This document shows positions 10,240 through 20,574 of a DNA stretch of 64,000 bases, piece after piece; position 1 is the first letter of the stretch, and every line of letters begins with the position of its first letter. The notes under the pieces were generated by a model. That model did not search any database. It was not told the origin of the DNA and saw only the letters and a program-made list of their open reading frames with translations. The stretch comes from Alphaproteobacteria bacterium (lineage in GTDB: Bacteria > Pseudomonadota > Alphaproteobacteria > MPNO01 > UBA830). The DNA lies in the NCBI GenBank assembly GCA_965243135.1, contig OZ251539.1, forward strand, positions 4,256,001 to 4,320,000, given 5' to 3'. The position numbers and the translations under genes were made by a program.

Positions 10240-11162
10240 CCACTTTCGTCTACACGCATCCGAGCTCGCTCGATCACGACACCGGCGCCGGGCATCCGGA
10301 ACGGACGGCGCGGATCGAAACCGTCTACGCGGCGCTGGCCGGCGATTCCTACGCGAGCCTCGAACGCAGGGAAGCGCGCCGGGCTTCGCTCGACGACCTC
10401 GCCCGCGTTCACGAGAGCGGCTACGTCCGGCGCAGCCTCGACGGGATGCCCGCTTCCGGACGCGCGCGGGTGGACCCGGACACCATCGTTTCTCCGGGGT
10501 CGGGCGAAGCGGCGCTGCGCGCCGCGGGCGCGGTCATCGACGCCGTCGACGAGGTGGCGTCCGGAAACGCCGGAAACGCCTTCTGCGCGGTCCGCCCGCC
10601 CGGCCATCACGCCGAGGCCGGACGCGGCATGGGATTCTGCCTGTTCAACAACGTCGCCGTCGGCGCGATGCATGCGCGGGCGGCGCACGGGTTGCGGAAG
10701 GTCGCGATCGTCGATTTCGACGTGCATCACGGCAACGGAACGCAGGCCATGTTCGCCGACGACCCCGGCACGCTGTTCGCCTCGACCCACCAGTATCCCC
10801 ATTATCCGGGCACCGGCGCGGCGGACGAGACCGGCGTCGGCAACGTCTTCAACGCGCCGCTGGGGGCCGGTTCGGGCGGCGCCGAATTCAGGGCGGCGAT
10901 GGACGACCGGATCCTGCCGGCGTTGCGCGCCTTCGCGCCGCAAATGCTCCTCGTCTCCGCGGGGTTCGACGCCCATGCGCGCGACCCCCTGGCGTCGCTC
11001 AACCTCGAAGAGAGGGATTTCGAGTGGGCGACGCGAAAGCTTCTCGACGTCGCGGAGGAATTCGCGGACGGACGCCTGGTTTCGACGCTGGAGGGCGGTT
11101 ACGACCTGCAGGCTCTCGGCGACAGCGTCCAGGCCCACGTCGGAGCGCTGATGTCGCGTTGA
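10236..11162 (+). CDS. Histone deacetylase family protein
   Basis: GHPE, RPPGHHAE, GFCLFNNVA, DFDVHHGNGT, SAGFDAH, LEGGY. Confidence 0.9.
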   Translation: MTTFVYTHPSSLDHDTGAGHPERTARIETVYAALAGDSYASLERREARRASLDDLARVHESGYVRRSLDGMPASGRARVDPDTIVSPGSGEAALRAAGAVIDAVDEVASGNAGNAFCAVRPPGHHAEAGRGMGFCLFNNVAVGAMHARAAHGLRKVAIVDFDVHHGNGTQAMFADDPGTLFASTHQYPHYPGTGAADETGVGNVFNAPLGAGSGGAEFRAAMDDRILPALRAFAPQMLLVSAGFDAHARDPLASLNLEERDFEWATRKLLDVAEEFADGRLVSTLEGGYDLQALGDSVQAHVGALMSR

Positions 11163-11193
11163 CGGCCTTTCCGCGGATCCCGCCGCGCGCCGC

Positions 11194-11222
11194 TTGTCCC
11201 GAAACCGCGAAACCCCTAATCT
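11194..11222 (+). promoter_or_regulatory. Putative sigma70 promoter for xseB-ispA-dxs-tlyA
   Basis: TTGTCC-N17-TAATCT just upstream of xseB. Confidence 0.35.
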
Positions 11223-11248
11223 GCGCGCCGCATGCGAAGGGGGAGCCG

Positions 11249-11494
11249 ATGGTCAAGGAAAATGGCGGCATCGAAGCGATGTCTTTCGAAGATGCGCTGG
11301 CGGAACTGGAGGAAATCGTCAGAACGCTCGAAAGCGGAAAAGGCAGGCTCGAAGAGTCCATAACCTCCTACGAGCGCGGTGCGCTCCTGAAGGCGCACTG
11401 CGAGGCGAAGCTCAAGGAAGCGCAGGTCAGGGTGGAAAAGATCGCGCTCGGCGCCGACGGCGTCGCCGTCGCGGAACCCGTGGATGCCGATTAG
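11249..11494 (+). CDS. xseB: Exodeoxyribonuclease VII small subunit
   Basis: SFEDALAELEEIVRTLESG...LEESITSYERG; conserved xseB-ispA-dxs order. Confidence 0.92.
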   Translation: MVKENGGIEAMSFEDALAELEEIVRTLESGKGRLEESITSYERGALLKAHCEAKLKEAQVRVEKIALGADGVAVAEPVDAD

Positions 11495-12386
11495 AAACGT
11501 CCAGCGGGCCGAACGGGCGATTTCCGCGTTCGCGGAACGGATGGAAGGCGCGTTGCGCGGCTGGCTGCCGCGGTCGGACGAGCCGGAAGGCCGGCTGTGC
11601 GAGGCGATGCGCTACGCCGCGCTGGGCGGCGGGAAATATCTCCGGCCCTATCTCGTCGAAGAGTCGGCCGCCATGTTCGGCGTTTCTCCGACCTCCCGGA
11701 TGCGCGTCGGCGCGGCCGTGGAAATGGTCCACGTCTACTCGCTGATCCACGACGACCTCCCGGCGATGGACGACGACGATCTACGCCGGGGCAAGGCCTC
11801 GTGCCATATCGCGTTCGGAGAAGCGACGGCGATCCTCGCCGGAGACGCGCTGCTGTCCCTGGCGTTCGAGACGCTCGCGTTTTCCGACACGCATCCCGAC
11901 GGCGGCGTTCGCAGCGAGCTCGTTCTGGAGCTCGCCCGCGCTTCGGGCGCGCGCGGAATGACCGGCGGCCAGATGATCGACCTCGAGAGCGAAGGCGCGC
12001 CCGCCGACGACGACGAGGTTTTCCGAATGGCCCGGCTCAAGACCGGCGCGCTGTTCGCGTTCTCCGCCGCCGCCGGCGCAATTCTGGGCCAGGCGGCTCC
12101 CGGCGAACGCGCCGCGCTGAACGCATTCGGATCGGAACTCGGACTCGCTTTTCAGATCGTCGACGATCTTCTTGACGTGGAAGGCGACGAAAAGGATCTT
12201 GGCAAGAAGGTCGGAAAGGATGCGGAGGCTGGCAAGGCGACGTTCGTTTCCGTATTCGGAGCGAAGGACGCTCGCGCGGAAGCGCGGCGCGCCGCGGATC
12301 GGGCCTGCGCGCGGCTCGACGCCTTCCAGGCGCGGGCGGACGGGCTGAGAGCGCTGGCCGAGTTCGCAGTGAATCGTGACAGATAG
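11484..12386 (+). CDS. ispA: Farnesyl diphosphate synthase
   Basis: [34 protein letters not shown]. Confidence 0.92.
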   Translation: MPIRNVQRAERAISAFAERMEGALRGWLPRSDEPEGRLCEAMRYAALGGGKYLRPYLVEESAAMFGVSPTSRMRVGAAVEMVHVYSLIHDDLPAMDDDDLRRGKASCHIAFGEATAILAGDALLSLAFETLAFSDTHPDGGVRSELVLELARASGARGMTGGQMIDLESEGAPADDDEVFRMARLKTGALFAFSAAAGAILGQAAPGERAALNAFGSELGLAFQIVDDLLDVEGDEKDLGKKVGKDAEAGKATFVSVFGAKDARAEARRAADRACARLDAFQARADGLRALAEFAVNRDR

Positions 12387-14334
12387 CCAGGCAAAACCTC
12401 GTCCGGCGGGCGAGGCGCGAACGGAGAAAGCGATGACGCCGCTCTTGGACCGGGTCCGATTCCCTCGCGACCTGAAGCAGTTCAAGCCGGAACAGCTCCG
12501 GCAGGTCGCTGACGAGTTGCGGACCGAAACGATCGACGCGGTCTCGGTCACCGGAGGGCATCTGGGCGCCGGCCTCGGGGTGGTCGAGCTTACGGTGGCA
12601 CTCCACTATCTTTTCGACGCGCCCGACGACAGGATCATCTGGGACGTCGGCCATCAGGCCTACCCGCACAAGATCCTGACGGGGAGGCGGGACCGCATCC
12701 GCACCCTGCGCCAGGGAAACGGACTGTCGGGCTTCACCAAACGTTCCGAGAGCGAATACGACCCGTTCGGCGCGGCGCACGCGTCCACGTCGATTTCGGC
12801 GGCGCTCGGCTTCTCGGTGGCGCGCGATCTTCAGGGAAGGAAGAACAAGGTCATCGCGGTCATCGGCGACGGCGCGATGACGGGAGGGATGGCCTTCGAG
12901 GCGCTGAACAACGCCGGCGCCATGGCCAACAAGCTGATCGTCATCCTGAACGACAACGACATGTCGATCGCGCCGCCGGTCGGCGCGCTGTCCGCCTATC
13001 TGTCGCGCCTGATCTCGTCGAAATCCTACCGGTCGCTGCGGGACATCGGCCTCCACATGTCGGAGAAATTTCCGCGATCGATGAAGAAGGCGGCGCAGCG
13101 CGCCGAGGAGTACGCTCGCGGGATCCTGACCGGCGGCACGCTGTTCGAGGAATTCGGCTTCTATTACGTCGGGCCGATCGACGGCCACAACCTCGACCAT
13201 CTGGTGCCCGTGCTGCGCAACGTGCGGGACGACGGCGCGGAAGGCCCCGTTCTCGTCCATGCCGTCACGCAGAAGGGCAAGGGCTACGCGCCGGCCGAGC
13301 GGTCGGAAGACAAGTATCACGGGGTGGGCAAGTTCAACGTCGTGACGGGCGCGCCCGCCGGAGGGAAGTCCAACGTCCCGACCTACACCAAGGTGTTCGC
13401 CCAAAGCCTGGTCCGCGAGGCGCAAGCGGACGACAAGATCGTCGCGATAACCGCGGCGATGCCGTCGGGGACCGGAATCGACCTGTTCGAACGGGAGTTT
13501 CCCGAGCGCGCCTTCGACGTCGGCCTCGCGGAGCAGCATGCCGTCACGTTCGCGGCGGGCCTTGCCGCCGAGGGCATGAAGCCGTTCGCGACGATCTATT
13601 CGACGTTTCTGCAGCGCGCGTTCGACCAGATCGTCCACGACGTGGCGATTCAGAACCTTCCGGTCCGGTTCGCCATGGACAGGGCCGGCTACGTCGGAGC
13701 CGACGGGCAGACCCATTGCGGCGCTTTCGACATCGCCTACATGAGTTGCCTGCCCAACATGGTCGTGATGGCTCCGTCGGACGAGGCCGAGCTGGTTCAC
13801 ATGGTGGCGACGGCCGTCGCCGTCGACGACCGGCCTTGCGCGTTCCGTTACCCCCGCGGCGAGGGAGTCGGCGTCGAATTGCCCGAACGAGGAGAGATAT
13901 TGCCGATCGGCCGGGGCCGCGTAATTCGCGAAGGCGCGAAGATCGCGCTGCTGTCCTACGGCGCCCGGCTGAAGGACTGCCTCGAAGCGGCGAACAATCT
14001 CGACGCGCGCGGACTGTCGACGACGGTGGCCGACGCCCGCTTCGCGAAGCCTCTCGACCGCGCGCTCCTGATGCGTCTTGCGGCGGAACACGAGGTGCTC
14101 GTGACGGTCGAAGAAGGCTCCATCGGCGGATTCGCCTCGCAGGCGATGCATGCGCTGGCCGAAGGCGGCGCCTTCGACGCCGGCCTGAAGTTCCGTCCGT
14201 TGGCGATGCCCGACTCTTTCCTCGACCACGACGCGCCGCGCCTCCAGGTGGAACGCGCAGGCTTGAGCGCGTCGCGTATCGTCGAGGCCGCGCTGCGCGC
14301 GCTGGGAAGCGCCGACGCGAGAGAGAGGGCCTGA
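12376..14334 (+). CDS. dxs: 1-deoxy-D-xylulose-5-phosphate synthase (start may be 12433)
   Basis: [56 protein letters not shown]. Confidence 0.95.
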   Translation: MTDSQAKPRPAGEARTEKAMTPLLDRVRFPRDLKQFKPEQLRQVADELRTETIDAVSVTGGHLGAGLGVVELTVALHYLFDAPDDRIIWDVGHQAYPHKILTGRRDRIRTLRQGNGLSGFTKRSESEYDPFGAAHASTSISAALGFSVARDLQGRKNKVIAVIGDGAMTGGMAFEALNNAGAMANKLIVILNDNDMSIAPPVGALSAYLSRLISSKSYRSLRDIGLHMSEKFPRSMKKAAQRAEEYARGILTGGTLFEEFGFYYVGPIDGHNLDHLVPVLRNVRDDGAEGPVLVHAVTQKGKGYAPAERSEDKYHGVGKFNVVTGAPAGGKSNVPTYTKVFAQSLVREAQADDKIVAITAAMPSGTGIDLFEREFPERAFDVGLAEQHAVTFAAGLAAEGMKPFATIYSTFLQRAFDQIVHDVAIQNLPVRFAMDRAGYVGADGQTHCGAFDIAYMSCLPNMVVMAPSDEAELVHMVATAVAVDDRPCAFRYPRGEGVGVELPERGEILPIGRGRVIREGAKIALLSYGARLKDCLEAANNLDARGLSTTVADARFAKPLDRALLMRLAAEHEVLVTVEEGSIGGFASQAMHALAEGGAFDAGLKFRPLAMPDSFLDHDAPRLQVERAGLSASRIVEAALRALGSADARERA

Positions 14335-15077
14335 CGACGCCCCGCAAGCGGCCCGACGTTCTGCTGGTCGAAGCCGGATTGGCGGAAACGGAAGCCTTGG
14401 CCCGGGCCCTGATCCTTTCCGGCAAGGTCTACTGCGGAGAGCGCCGCGTCGAGAAGCCCGGCATGGCGATCTCCGCCGACGCGCAGTTGGAAATTCGCGG
14501 CGCCGACCACCCATGGGTGTCGCGCGGCGGCGTCAAGCTCGACTTCGCGCTGAGCGCGTTCGGCATCGACGCCGGCGACGCCGTAGCGCTGGACGTCGGC
14601 GCCTCCACCGGCGGCTTCACCGACGTTTTGCTCAGCCGAGGCGCGCGGCGGGTCTATGCGGTGGACGTAGGTTACGGCCTGCTGCACTGGAAGCTGCGGA
14701 CGGACGCGCGCGTCGTCGTCCTCGAACGGACCAATGCGCGCCGCCTGACACGAGACCAGGTTCCTGAACCCGCGGACATCCTCGCGTGCGACGCCAGTTT
14801 CATCGGCCTCGAAACGATTCTGCCGACGCCGATGGAGCTCGCCGCGCCCGGCGCAAGATTGTGCGCCCTTATCAAGCCGCAATTCGAGGTGGACCGATCG
14901 GACGTCGGCGTCGGCGGGATCGTGCGCGACGGCGCGTTGCACGACGCGGTTTGCGCCCGCATCGAACGCTGGATCGCCGGTCGGCCGGGCTGGCGGATGG
15001 AGGGCGTCGTTCGAAGCCCGATCCGGGGGGCCAACGGGAACGCGGAATTTTTCGCAGGGGCGTCGAAGGCTTTCTGA
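14331..15077 (+). CDS. tlyA: TlyA family rRNA methyltransferase (apparent CTG start)
   Basis: [14 protein letters not shown]4 domain, [36 protein letters not shown]. Confidence 0.9.
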   Translation: MTTPRKRPDVLLVEAGLAETEALARALILSGKVYCGERRVEKPGMAISADAQLEIRGADHPWVSRGGVKLDFALSAFGIDAGDAVALDVGASTGGFTDVLLSRGARRVYAVDVGYGLLHWKLRTDARVVVLERTNARRLTRDQVPEPADILACDASFIGLETILPTPMELAAPGARLCALIKPQFEVDRSDVGVGGIVRDGALHDAVCARIERWIAGRPGWRMEGVVRSPIRGANGNAEFFAGASKAF

Positions 15078-15146
15078 GGTCGAATGCCGCTACGGAGACC
15101 GCCTGCGTTGCGTTGATGGGGGCTCGATTTTTCCATGATCTTGTGA

Positions 15147-15191
15147 TGGTCGCGGGGACAGGATTCGAACCTGCGACCTTCAGGTTATGAG
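15147..15191 (-). other. 3' half of tRNA-fMet (att-like fragment, not a full tRNA)
   Basis: Reverse complement CTCATAACCTGAAGGTCGCAGGTTCGAATCCTGTCCCCGCGACCA gives CAT anticodon loop, T arm and CCA; D arm and 5' acceptor strand are missing. Confidence 0.85.
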
Positions 15192-15224
15192 TTCGCCGAT
15201 ATACTGGTTCGCTAATCACCGCCC

Positions 15225-15590
15225 CGTTTGCGCCAGCGAGCGCGAAGGGAAACGCCAAGTCTTCGGCGAGGCGGCGCAGCGCGCCGTCGAGAACCGCCTC
15301 GTCGCGCAAGCGCGGCAGGTAGACAAGCGAACCACTCGCGGAGCTCCTCGATCGGAACGTGCGGCCGGTCCTCCGGCCACGGCGGTTCGAAACAGCGGGT
15401 CAGATTTTCGGGACCGGTCTCGCCGAGCGCCGCGCCGTCGCCGTTCGCGTCCCCGACCGGCGCCGGACAGAGAAGATGCACCCATGCGCCGCGCACGCGC
15501 GCCCGAACTCGCCTTCCGCGTCGTTCGCCTGCGCCTGCGTCGCGTTCTTCTGAAGATCGGCATCTTTCAGGATCGACCGTCAAGCAATTT
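15225..15590 (-). pseudogene. Frameshifted fragment resembling a DUF499 ATPase
   Basis: Pieces in different frames: VRGAWVHLLCP, GPENL...WPEDRPHVPIEELREWFA, PRLRDEAVLDGALRRL...PFALA. Confidence 0.45.
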
Positions 15591-15814
15591 CCCGCCGGAC
15601 GTTCTCGCGCACCGCGTCCAGGTTCGCCGCGGCGGCGGCCACGAAGGCCAGCGCGTTGCGATAGCTCCGCTGTCCGCTTCCGCACGGCTCTACGGTGTCG
15701 CGCGCAGCGGGTTCCGCCGCGTCCGCGCCGCCGCCGTCATGCGCCGCCGAGGGAGGCAGGATCACGAGCGCCGCCGCGTCGCGCCGGTTCTCTATGCCGG
15801 AGGGATCGTCCGGC

Positions 15815-16030
15815 GCCGCGCGCGCGGGCCTCGACGACGTGCGCATCCACGATCTCCGTCACAGCTTCGCCTCCCGCGCCTTGGCGCTTGGCGAAGGGCT
15901 ACCGATGATCGGGAAACTGCTCGGCCACACCCAGCTTAAGACCACGGCCCGCTACGCTCGCCTCGCCCGCGATACCGTCAAGGCCTCCCGCCGCACGCAT
16001 CGGCGACAGCATCGAATGCGATCTGGAGGC
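15815..16030 (+). pseudogene. Tyrosine integrase C-terminal fragment 1
   Basis: AGLDDVRIHDLRHSFAS...LPMIGKLLGHTQLKTTARYA (HxxR, H and Y motifs); no N-terminus. Confidence 0.85.
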
Positions 16031-16299
16031 GGGAGAGTGATCTCGGAGCACCATTTTGCCGGAAGCTGCCAAGACCTTGGGTGGCATGATTGGCAAAAAA
16101 CTTCGCAAAAATCCTATATCTCAGTATGAGTGTGATATATTCCATGTCATTGAGAGAATATGTCTTCGGCGGAAGATGTGACCATGAGCGACGTCGCCCA
16201 TCGTTCCGAGGTCGCGCCGTGCCGCCGCCTTCGGTCCACGGAATCCGGCCAGCCAGGCAAGCATGTAGATGCTGAAGAACGACGCTACGGAATGTTTCC

Positions 16300-16421
16300 G
16301 CCCTTGCGCCCATGGATGTTCTTCAGAAGCTCCTCGATGCTGTCCCCCTGAGTCGCACGCCCGGGAATGGACAGCACTTCCGCCCAATAGCCGCCTGGTG
16401 GACTGCGACACGCAGCTTCAT
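16300..16421 (-). pseudogene. HicB antitoxin pseudogene
   Basis: GAGGAGG RBS, MKLRVAVHQA, then a frameshift into GGYWAEVLSIPGRATQGDSIEELLKNI. Confidence 0.7.
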
Positions 16422-16679
16422 TGTTCGCCTCCTCGCCTCTCGTCGGCGAGTCGTCGATGAATATGAACGGCGTAGCGCGAGCCTTCATCGCGCTGTCCCA
16501 TGCGCCCTTCCCCGAGCGCGTCAGCGCCTGATCGTACCGGAGCAGAAGTTTCAGATCCTCCTGAAGGACGGTTTCCGAGATTTTTCGGCGGCCGAGACGA
16601 TGGTGGCATAGTCCTGCTCTTGGTGAGCCCTAAAGAAACTGGCGCGCCTGGCCTCCGAGCGGAAGAGCTCGAGGCGCCT

Positions 16680-16860
16680 GGATTGGCGGCATTCCTTCGC
16701 CTCGCGCGCGCTGGCGCTGGGTGAGAGCCTGACCATGATCGGCAAGCTGCTCGGCCGCACCCAAGTAGCCCCCGTCCGCTACGCCCATCTCGCCCGCGAC
16801 TCCATCCGGACCGCCGCCGGCATCACCGGAAGCATCAGCGGGAATCTCTCGGGCGACGAC
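16680..16860 (+). pseudogene. Tyrosine integrase C-terminal fragment 2
   Basis: DWRHSFASRALALGESLTMIGKLLGRTQVAPVRYAHLARDS; paralogous to 15815-16030. Confidence 0.8.
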
Positions 16861-16898
16861 ATCGCTAATCCACAGTCGCAAAGGCCGGCTTCGGATAG

Positions 16899-16970
16899 TC
16901 AAAAATCGGAATCCACTTTATCATTGACGGACTAACACCCATTTCATATATGGTTATGGTGGATTTTTGA
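16899..16970 (+). promoter_or_regulatory. abiE promoter flanked by an inverted repeat
   Basis: TTGACG(16924)-N17-TATATG(16947), flanked by TCAAAAATC..AATCCAC and GTGGATTTTTGA. Confidence 0.55.
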
Positions 16971-16983
16971 GAACTATCGACAA

Positions 16984-17793
16984 ATGCCTCGGCACGTATC
17001 TGCGCCCTTCTTCAGTGCACATCCGGTTTTCCGACGCGCCGAATACGCCGCCGCCGTCGGTCGCAGACCCGGCGACAAGGTCGTCACTGCGATGCTCACC
17101 CAGCACCTTCGAGCGGGCAATATCCGGCGCATCTCGCGGGGTGTCTTCGCGTCCGTACCCAAACATGCCGACGCCCGGTCATGGTCCGTCGACCGTTTTC
17201 TGGCTGCATCCCGCCTGCGTCCCGGCGGCGTGATCGCTTATCACTCGGCTCTCGAATTACATGGCTACGCCTACACCGAAGGGTATGACGTGCAGGTTAT
17301 CGCGTCCGGCGAGCCTGGTTTGTTCAAGGCGGCCGGGTTCACCTGCCGGTTCGTCCGTCCACCGTGCGGCTTCACCGAACGGAGCAAGTCATCGGCGGAT
17401 GGCGTCACGGCCGTTGATCGTCTGGGCTTGGAGGTCGACGTGACGACTGTCGAGGGAACCATCGCGGATCTGTTCGACCGCCATGATCTGGCCGGTGGGG
17501 TGGAGGAGCTCTTCGACTCACTGGATCTGGTGGCGCGCGTCGATGCCGAAGCACTGGTCCGTTACGCGCGCACGCGCGGCAATGCCACGGCCGTCGGCGC
17601 GCTCGGCTTCTGGCTGGAGTGCGAGCGGACGCGGCTGAGCGTGCCGGATCGTGCGTTGGAGAACCTCCGCGCGCTGGTGCCCCATCAAGCACGCTATGCC
17701 CTCGGCGCCAAGCCGGGCGCGGGACGGATGGCGAAGAGCTGGAACGTCATTCTCCCCATTGGCGTCGCCGAACGTCGCTTCGAGGGGCTGTGA
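16984..17793 (+). CDS. AbiEi-like antitoxin / transcriptional regulator (type IV TA)
   Basis: HPVFR wHTH start, RRISRGVF, IAYHSALELHG, VTTVEGTIADLFDR; abuts the AbiEii gene. Confidence 0.8.
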   Translation: MPRHVSAPFFSAHPVFRRAEYAAAVGRRPGDKVVTAMLTQHLRAGNIRRISRGVFASVPKHADARSWSVDRFLAASRLRPGGVIAYHSALELHGYAYTEGYDVQVIASGEPGLFKAAGFTCRFVRPPCGFTERSKSSADGVTAVDRLGLEVDVTTVEGTIADLFDRHDLAGGVEELFDSLDLVARVDAEALVRYARTRGNATAVGALGFWLECERTRLSVPDRALENLRALVPHQARYALGAKPGAGRMAKSWNVILPIGVAERRFEGL

Positions 17794-18771
17794 ATGGCAC
17801 CGCCCTCCGCCCAGACGCTGCAGCGCCTCGCGAACAAGACCGGGTATCAGCCGGGCACGCTCGAGAAGGTGTTGCGGCTTCTGGACCTGCTGCGCGAGAT
17901 CGCCGGAGACCCGATCCTTTCCGAGCGGCTCGTCCTCAAGGGCGGAACGGCGCTCAACGTCTTCCATCTCGGTCTCGACCGGCTATCCGTCGATATCGAC
18001 CTCAACTATATCGGCGCGCTCGACCGGGCGGAAATGGAACTCGAACGCCCTGCGGTCGAAAACACGATCGATCGTCTCCTGGCTTCTCAGGGCTACGGCG
18101 TCCGCCGTCGACCGAGCGAACATGCCGGCGGCAAATGGCTGTCGCGCTACGCGTCGGCGCTCGGCGGCAACGCCACTTTGGAGCTGGACATGAACTACAT
18201 GATGCGCCAACCCCTGTTCGGCGCGGCGCGGATGGCATCCCGTCCCCTCGGCAACGTTCAGGCGGACGGCGTTCTCGTCCTCGACCTCCACGAGATCGTC
18301 GCCGGGAAGATTATCGCGCTCGTCGACCGGCGCGCCGCGCGCGATCTATTCGACGCACGCCGCATCCTGTCGATCGAGAGCCTTGACTGGAGCTGGATCA
18401 AAGCCGCCGTGCTGGCCATGGGCGCCGGTGGGCGGCGCGATTGGAGAACCATGTCAGTCGACGCCATCGACGGCGACTCGCGCGAGTTCCGTCAAAAGCT
18501 CGCCATATGCCTGCCGCGCGACCGCTTTGCCGGTACGGGAGAAGTCGATGCGTGGGTCGAGGAGACTGTCGCGCTCTGTCGGGAGAAGCTCGCCTTCCTG
18601 TTCGACCTGTCGGCGAACGAACGGGCGTTTCTCGACAGCGTTCTTGACCGTGGCGAGATCAACGCTGACCTGCTTGATGTCGAACCCGAAATACAAGCAC
18701 GAATCGAGGCCATGCCAATACTGGCGTGGAAGTCACTGAGCGTTCGCAAGCATCACAGGCAAGGTGTCTGA
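17794..18771 (+). CDS. AbiEii/AbiGii nucleotidyltransferase toxin
   Basis: LVLKGGTALN...RLSVDIDL, EIVAGK...R..ARDLFD. Confidence 0.88.
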   Translation: MAPPSAQTLQRLANKTGYQPGTLEKVLRLLDLLREIAGDPILSERLVLKGGTALNVFHLGLDRLSVDIDLNYIGALDRAEMELERPAVENTIDRLLASQGYGVRRRPSEHAGGKWLSRYASALGGNATLELDMNYMMRQPLFGAARMASRPLGNVQADGVLVLDLHEIVAGKIIALVDRRAARDLFDARRILSIESLDWSWIKAAVLAMGAGGRRDWRTMSVDAIDGDSREFRQKLAICLPRDRFAGTGEVDAWVEETVALCREKLAFLFDLSANERAFLDSVLDRGEINADLLDVEPEIQARIEAMPILAWKSLSVRKHHRQGV

Positions 18772-18870
18772 CAGTCCGTTTGAGAAATCGGGTTACGTTA
18801 GCCCACATTTCTCATCCTGCTTGTCCGCAAGCTTCATCCGGCGATGGAGGCGCCGCAGGGTTCGTTCGCG

Positions 18871-19100
18871 CTCCTCCCCCTGACAGGGGGGAGGTCCGGC
18901 ATAAGCGTTAACTTGTTCTCGCGGATCCTGCTCCGAGATGCTCCGACCCGGAAATGGACGACAATGGGACGGATGAGCCAACAATTCGGACATTTTCCTA
19001 CCTCCCCATCAGGCGTTTTGGCTGACGGCGCGGGCTTCAGCGATAACCACCCCAGTTTGCCAAGCAAGTTGACGCTTATGGGGAGGTCGAGAGGGGGAGG
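18871..19100. repeat. REP-like palindrome interrupted by the MITE
   Basis: CTCCCCCTGACAGGGGGGAGGTC on the left of the MITE and GGGAGGTCGAGAGGGGG on the right. Confidence 0.45.
18900..19080. mobile_element. 181-bp MITE, IS4-like ends
   Basis: TIR CATAAGCGTTAACTTG / CAAGTTGACGCTTATG (15/16 match). Flanks GGGAGGTCCGG and GGGAGGTCGAG (9/11) resemble a TSD. Confidence 0.7.
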
Positions 19101-19351
19101 CGGGGCCTTACCTGATCCGGAGGTCGATGAGATAGGCACCCGGCTTTCCGCCAGCGACGATTCGGAGATTATCCGGGTCACGGGCGGACGGCGAACATCC
19201 AATTAAGCACTGGGGCGCCGCCCCCACAAGGAATCGGCGCACTCATACCGCTTCACGGACCCGAGTCGACTCGGTGTTGACTCGACGATTGAAAACAACG
19301 TTACAGGAATCGAAAGCCCCCGGAAACGTCCATGTCTCCACTGGCTTGGAA

Positions 19352-19397
19352 CGGTTGCGGGGCGGGATTCGAACCTGCGACCTTCAGGTTACGAGTT
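19352..19397 (-). other. Second, degenerate 3' half of tRNA-fMet (direct repeat of 15147-15193)
   Basis: CGGTTGCGGGGCGGGATTCGAACCTGCGACCTTCAGGTTACGAGTT; anticodon mutated to CGT and CCA lost. Confidence 0.8.
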
Positions 19398-19503
19398 AGA
19401 AAGAAGCACCGTCGCGACAACGGCTTTTTCGCTCTGCGATATTTCCGGCGTCTGCGTCTTCAGCATCCAGACCGCGTCGCGCGCCTCTTGAAAACGGGAG
19501 CCG

Positions 19504-20574
19504 TCAGCCGCACTGCGCGCGATGGCGCAGCAAATGATCCGCCAGAACGCACGCCATCATGGCTTCGCCGACCGGCACGCCGCGAATCCCGACGCACGGA
19601 TCGTGGCGTCCCCCGGTGGCTACCTCGGCGTCCTCGCCATGCACGGTGACCGTGCGGCGGGAAACCGGAATGGAACTCGTCGGCTTGACGGCGAAGCGCA
19701 CGACGATGTCCTGACCCGTGGAAATCCCGCCGAGAATGCCCCCCGCATGGTTGGAAAGGAACGTCTCCCTGCCGTCCTTCATCCGCATCTCGTCGGAATT
19801 TTCTTCGCCGGTCAGCGACGCCGCGCCGAATCCCGCGCCGATCTCCACGCCCTTGACCGCGTTGATGCTCATCATCGCCGCCGCCAGTTCGGCGTCCAGC
19901 TTTCCGTACACCGGCGCGCCGAGTCCCGGCGGGATCCCCGACGCGACGATCTCGATCACCGCGCCGACGGACGATCCTCGCTTGCGGACATCGTCGAGAT
20001 AGGAAGCCCATTCGGCGGCGGCGGCGGCGTCGGGACACCAGAACGGATTGCGCTCCACCTCCGGCCAGCGCCATCTTGACCGATCGGCAACCCGGTCGCC
20101 CATCTGCACCATGGCCCCCCGGATCTGCATCTCGGGACCCAGGATCCGCCGCGCGATTCCAGCGGCGGCGACCCGGCAGGCGGTCTCGCGAGCGGACGCG
20201 CGGCCGCCGCCCCTGTAATCGCGATGGCCGTATTTCCTCCAGTAGGCGTAATCGGCGTGGCCGGGGCGAAACCTGTCGCGGATCGCCAGATAGTCCCTGG
20301 ACCGCGCATCCCGATTGCGGATCAGGAGGCTGACGGGCGTTCCGGTCGTCCGGCCCTCGAAAACGCCGGAAAGTATTTCAACCTCGTCGGTTTCGCGGCG
20401 CTGGGAGACGAAGCGCGATCCCCCGGGCCTGCGCCTGTCGAGCCAGATCTGGATATGGGATTCGGCCAGTTCGATGCCTGGCGGCACGCCGTCCACCACG
20501 CAGCCGATCGCGGGACCGTGGCTCTCGCCCCACGTCGTCACGCGAAACGAACGGCCGAAGCTGTTGAAGGACAT
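19504..20574 (-). CDS. aroC: Chorismate synthase
   Basis: [36 protein letters not shown]. Confidence 0.95.
   Translation of the reverse strand: MSFNSFGRSFRVTTWGESHGPAIGCVVDGVPPGIELAESHIQIWLDRRRPGGSRFVSQRRETDEVEILSGVFEGRTTGTPVSLLIRNRDARSRDYLAIRDRFRPGHADYAYWRKYGHRDYRGGGRASARETACRVAAAGIARRILGPEMQIRGAMVQMGDRVADRSRWRWPEVERNPFWCPDAAAAAEWASYLDDVRKRGSSVGAVIEIVASGIPPGLGAPVYGKLDAELAAAMMSINAVKGVEIGAGFGAASLTGEENSDEMRMKDGRETFLSNHAGGILGGISTGQDIVVRFAVKPTSSIPVSRRTVTVHGEDAEVATGGRHDPCVGIRGVPVGEAMMACVLADHLLRHRAQCG

Noticed and set aside
12037-14514. 825-aa antisense ORF (likewise 36398-39127, 44744-46873 and 60361-63042)
   Set aside because: Shadow ORFs opposite real genes; Arg/Ala-rich with no motifs
15147-15230. 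Intact tRNA-Met gene
   Set aside because: No D arm or 5' acceptor strand here or at 19352
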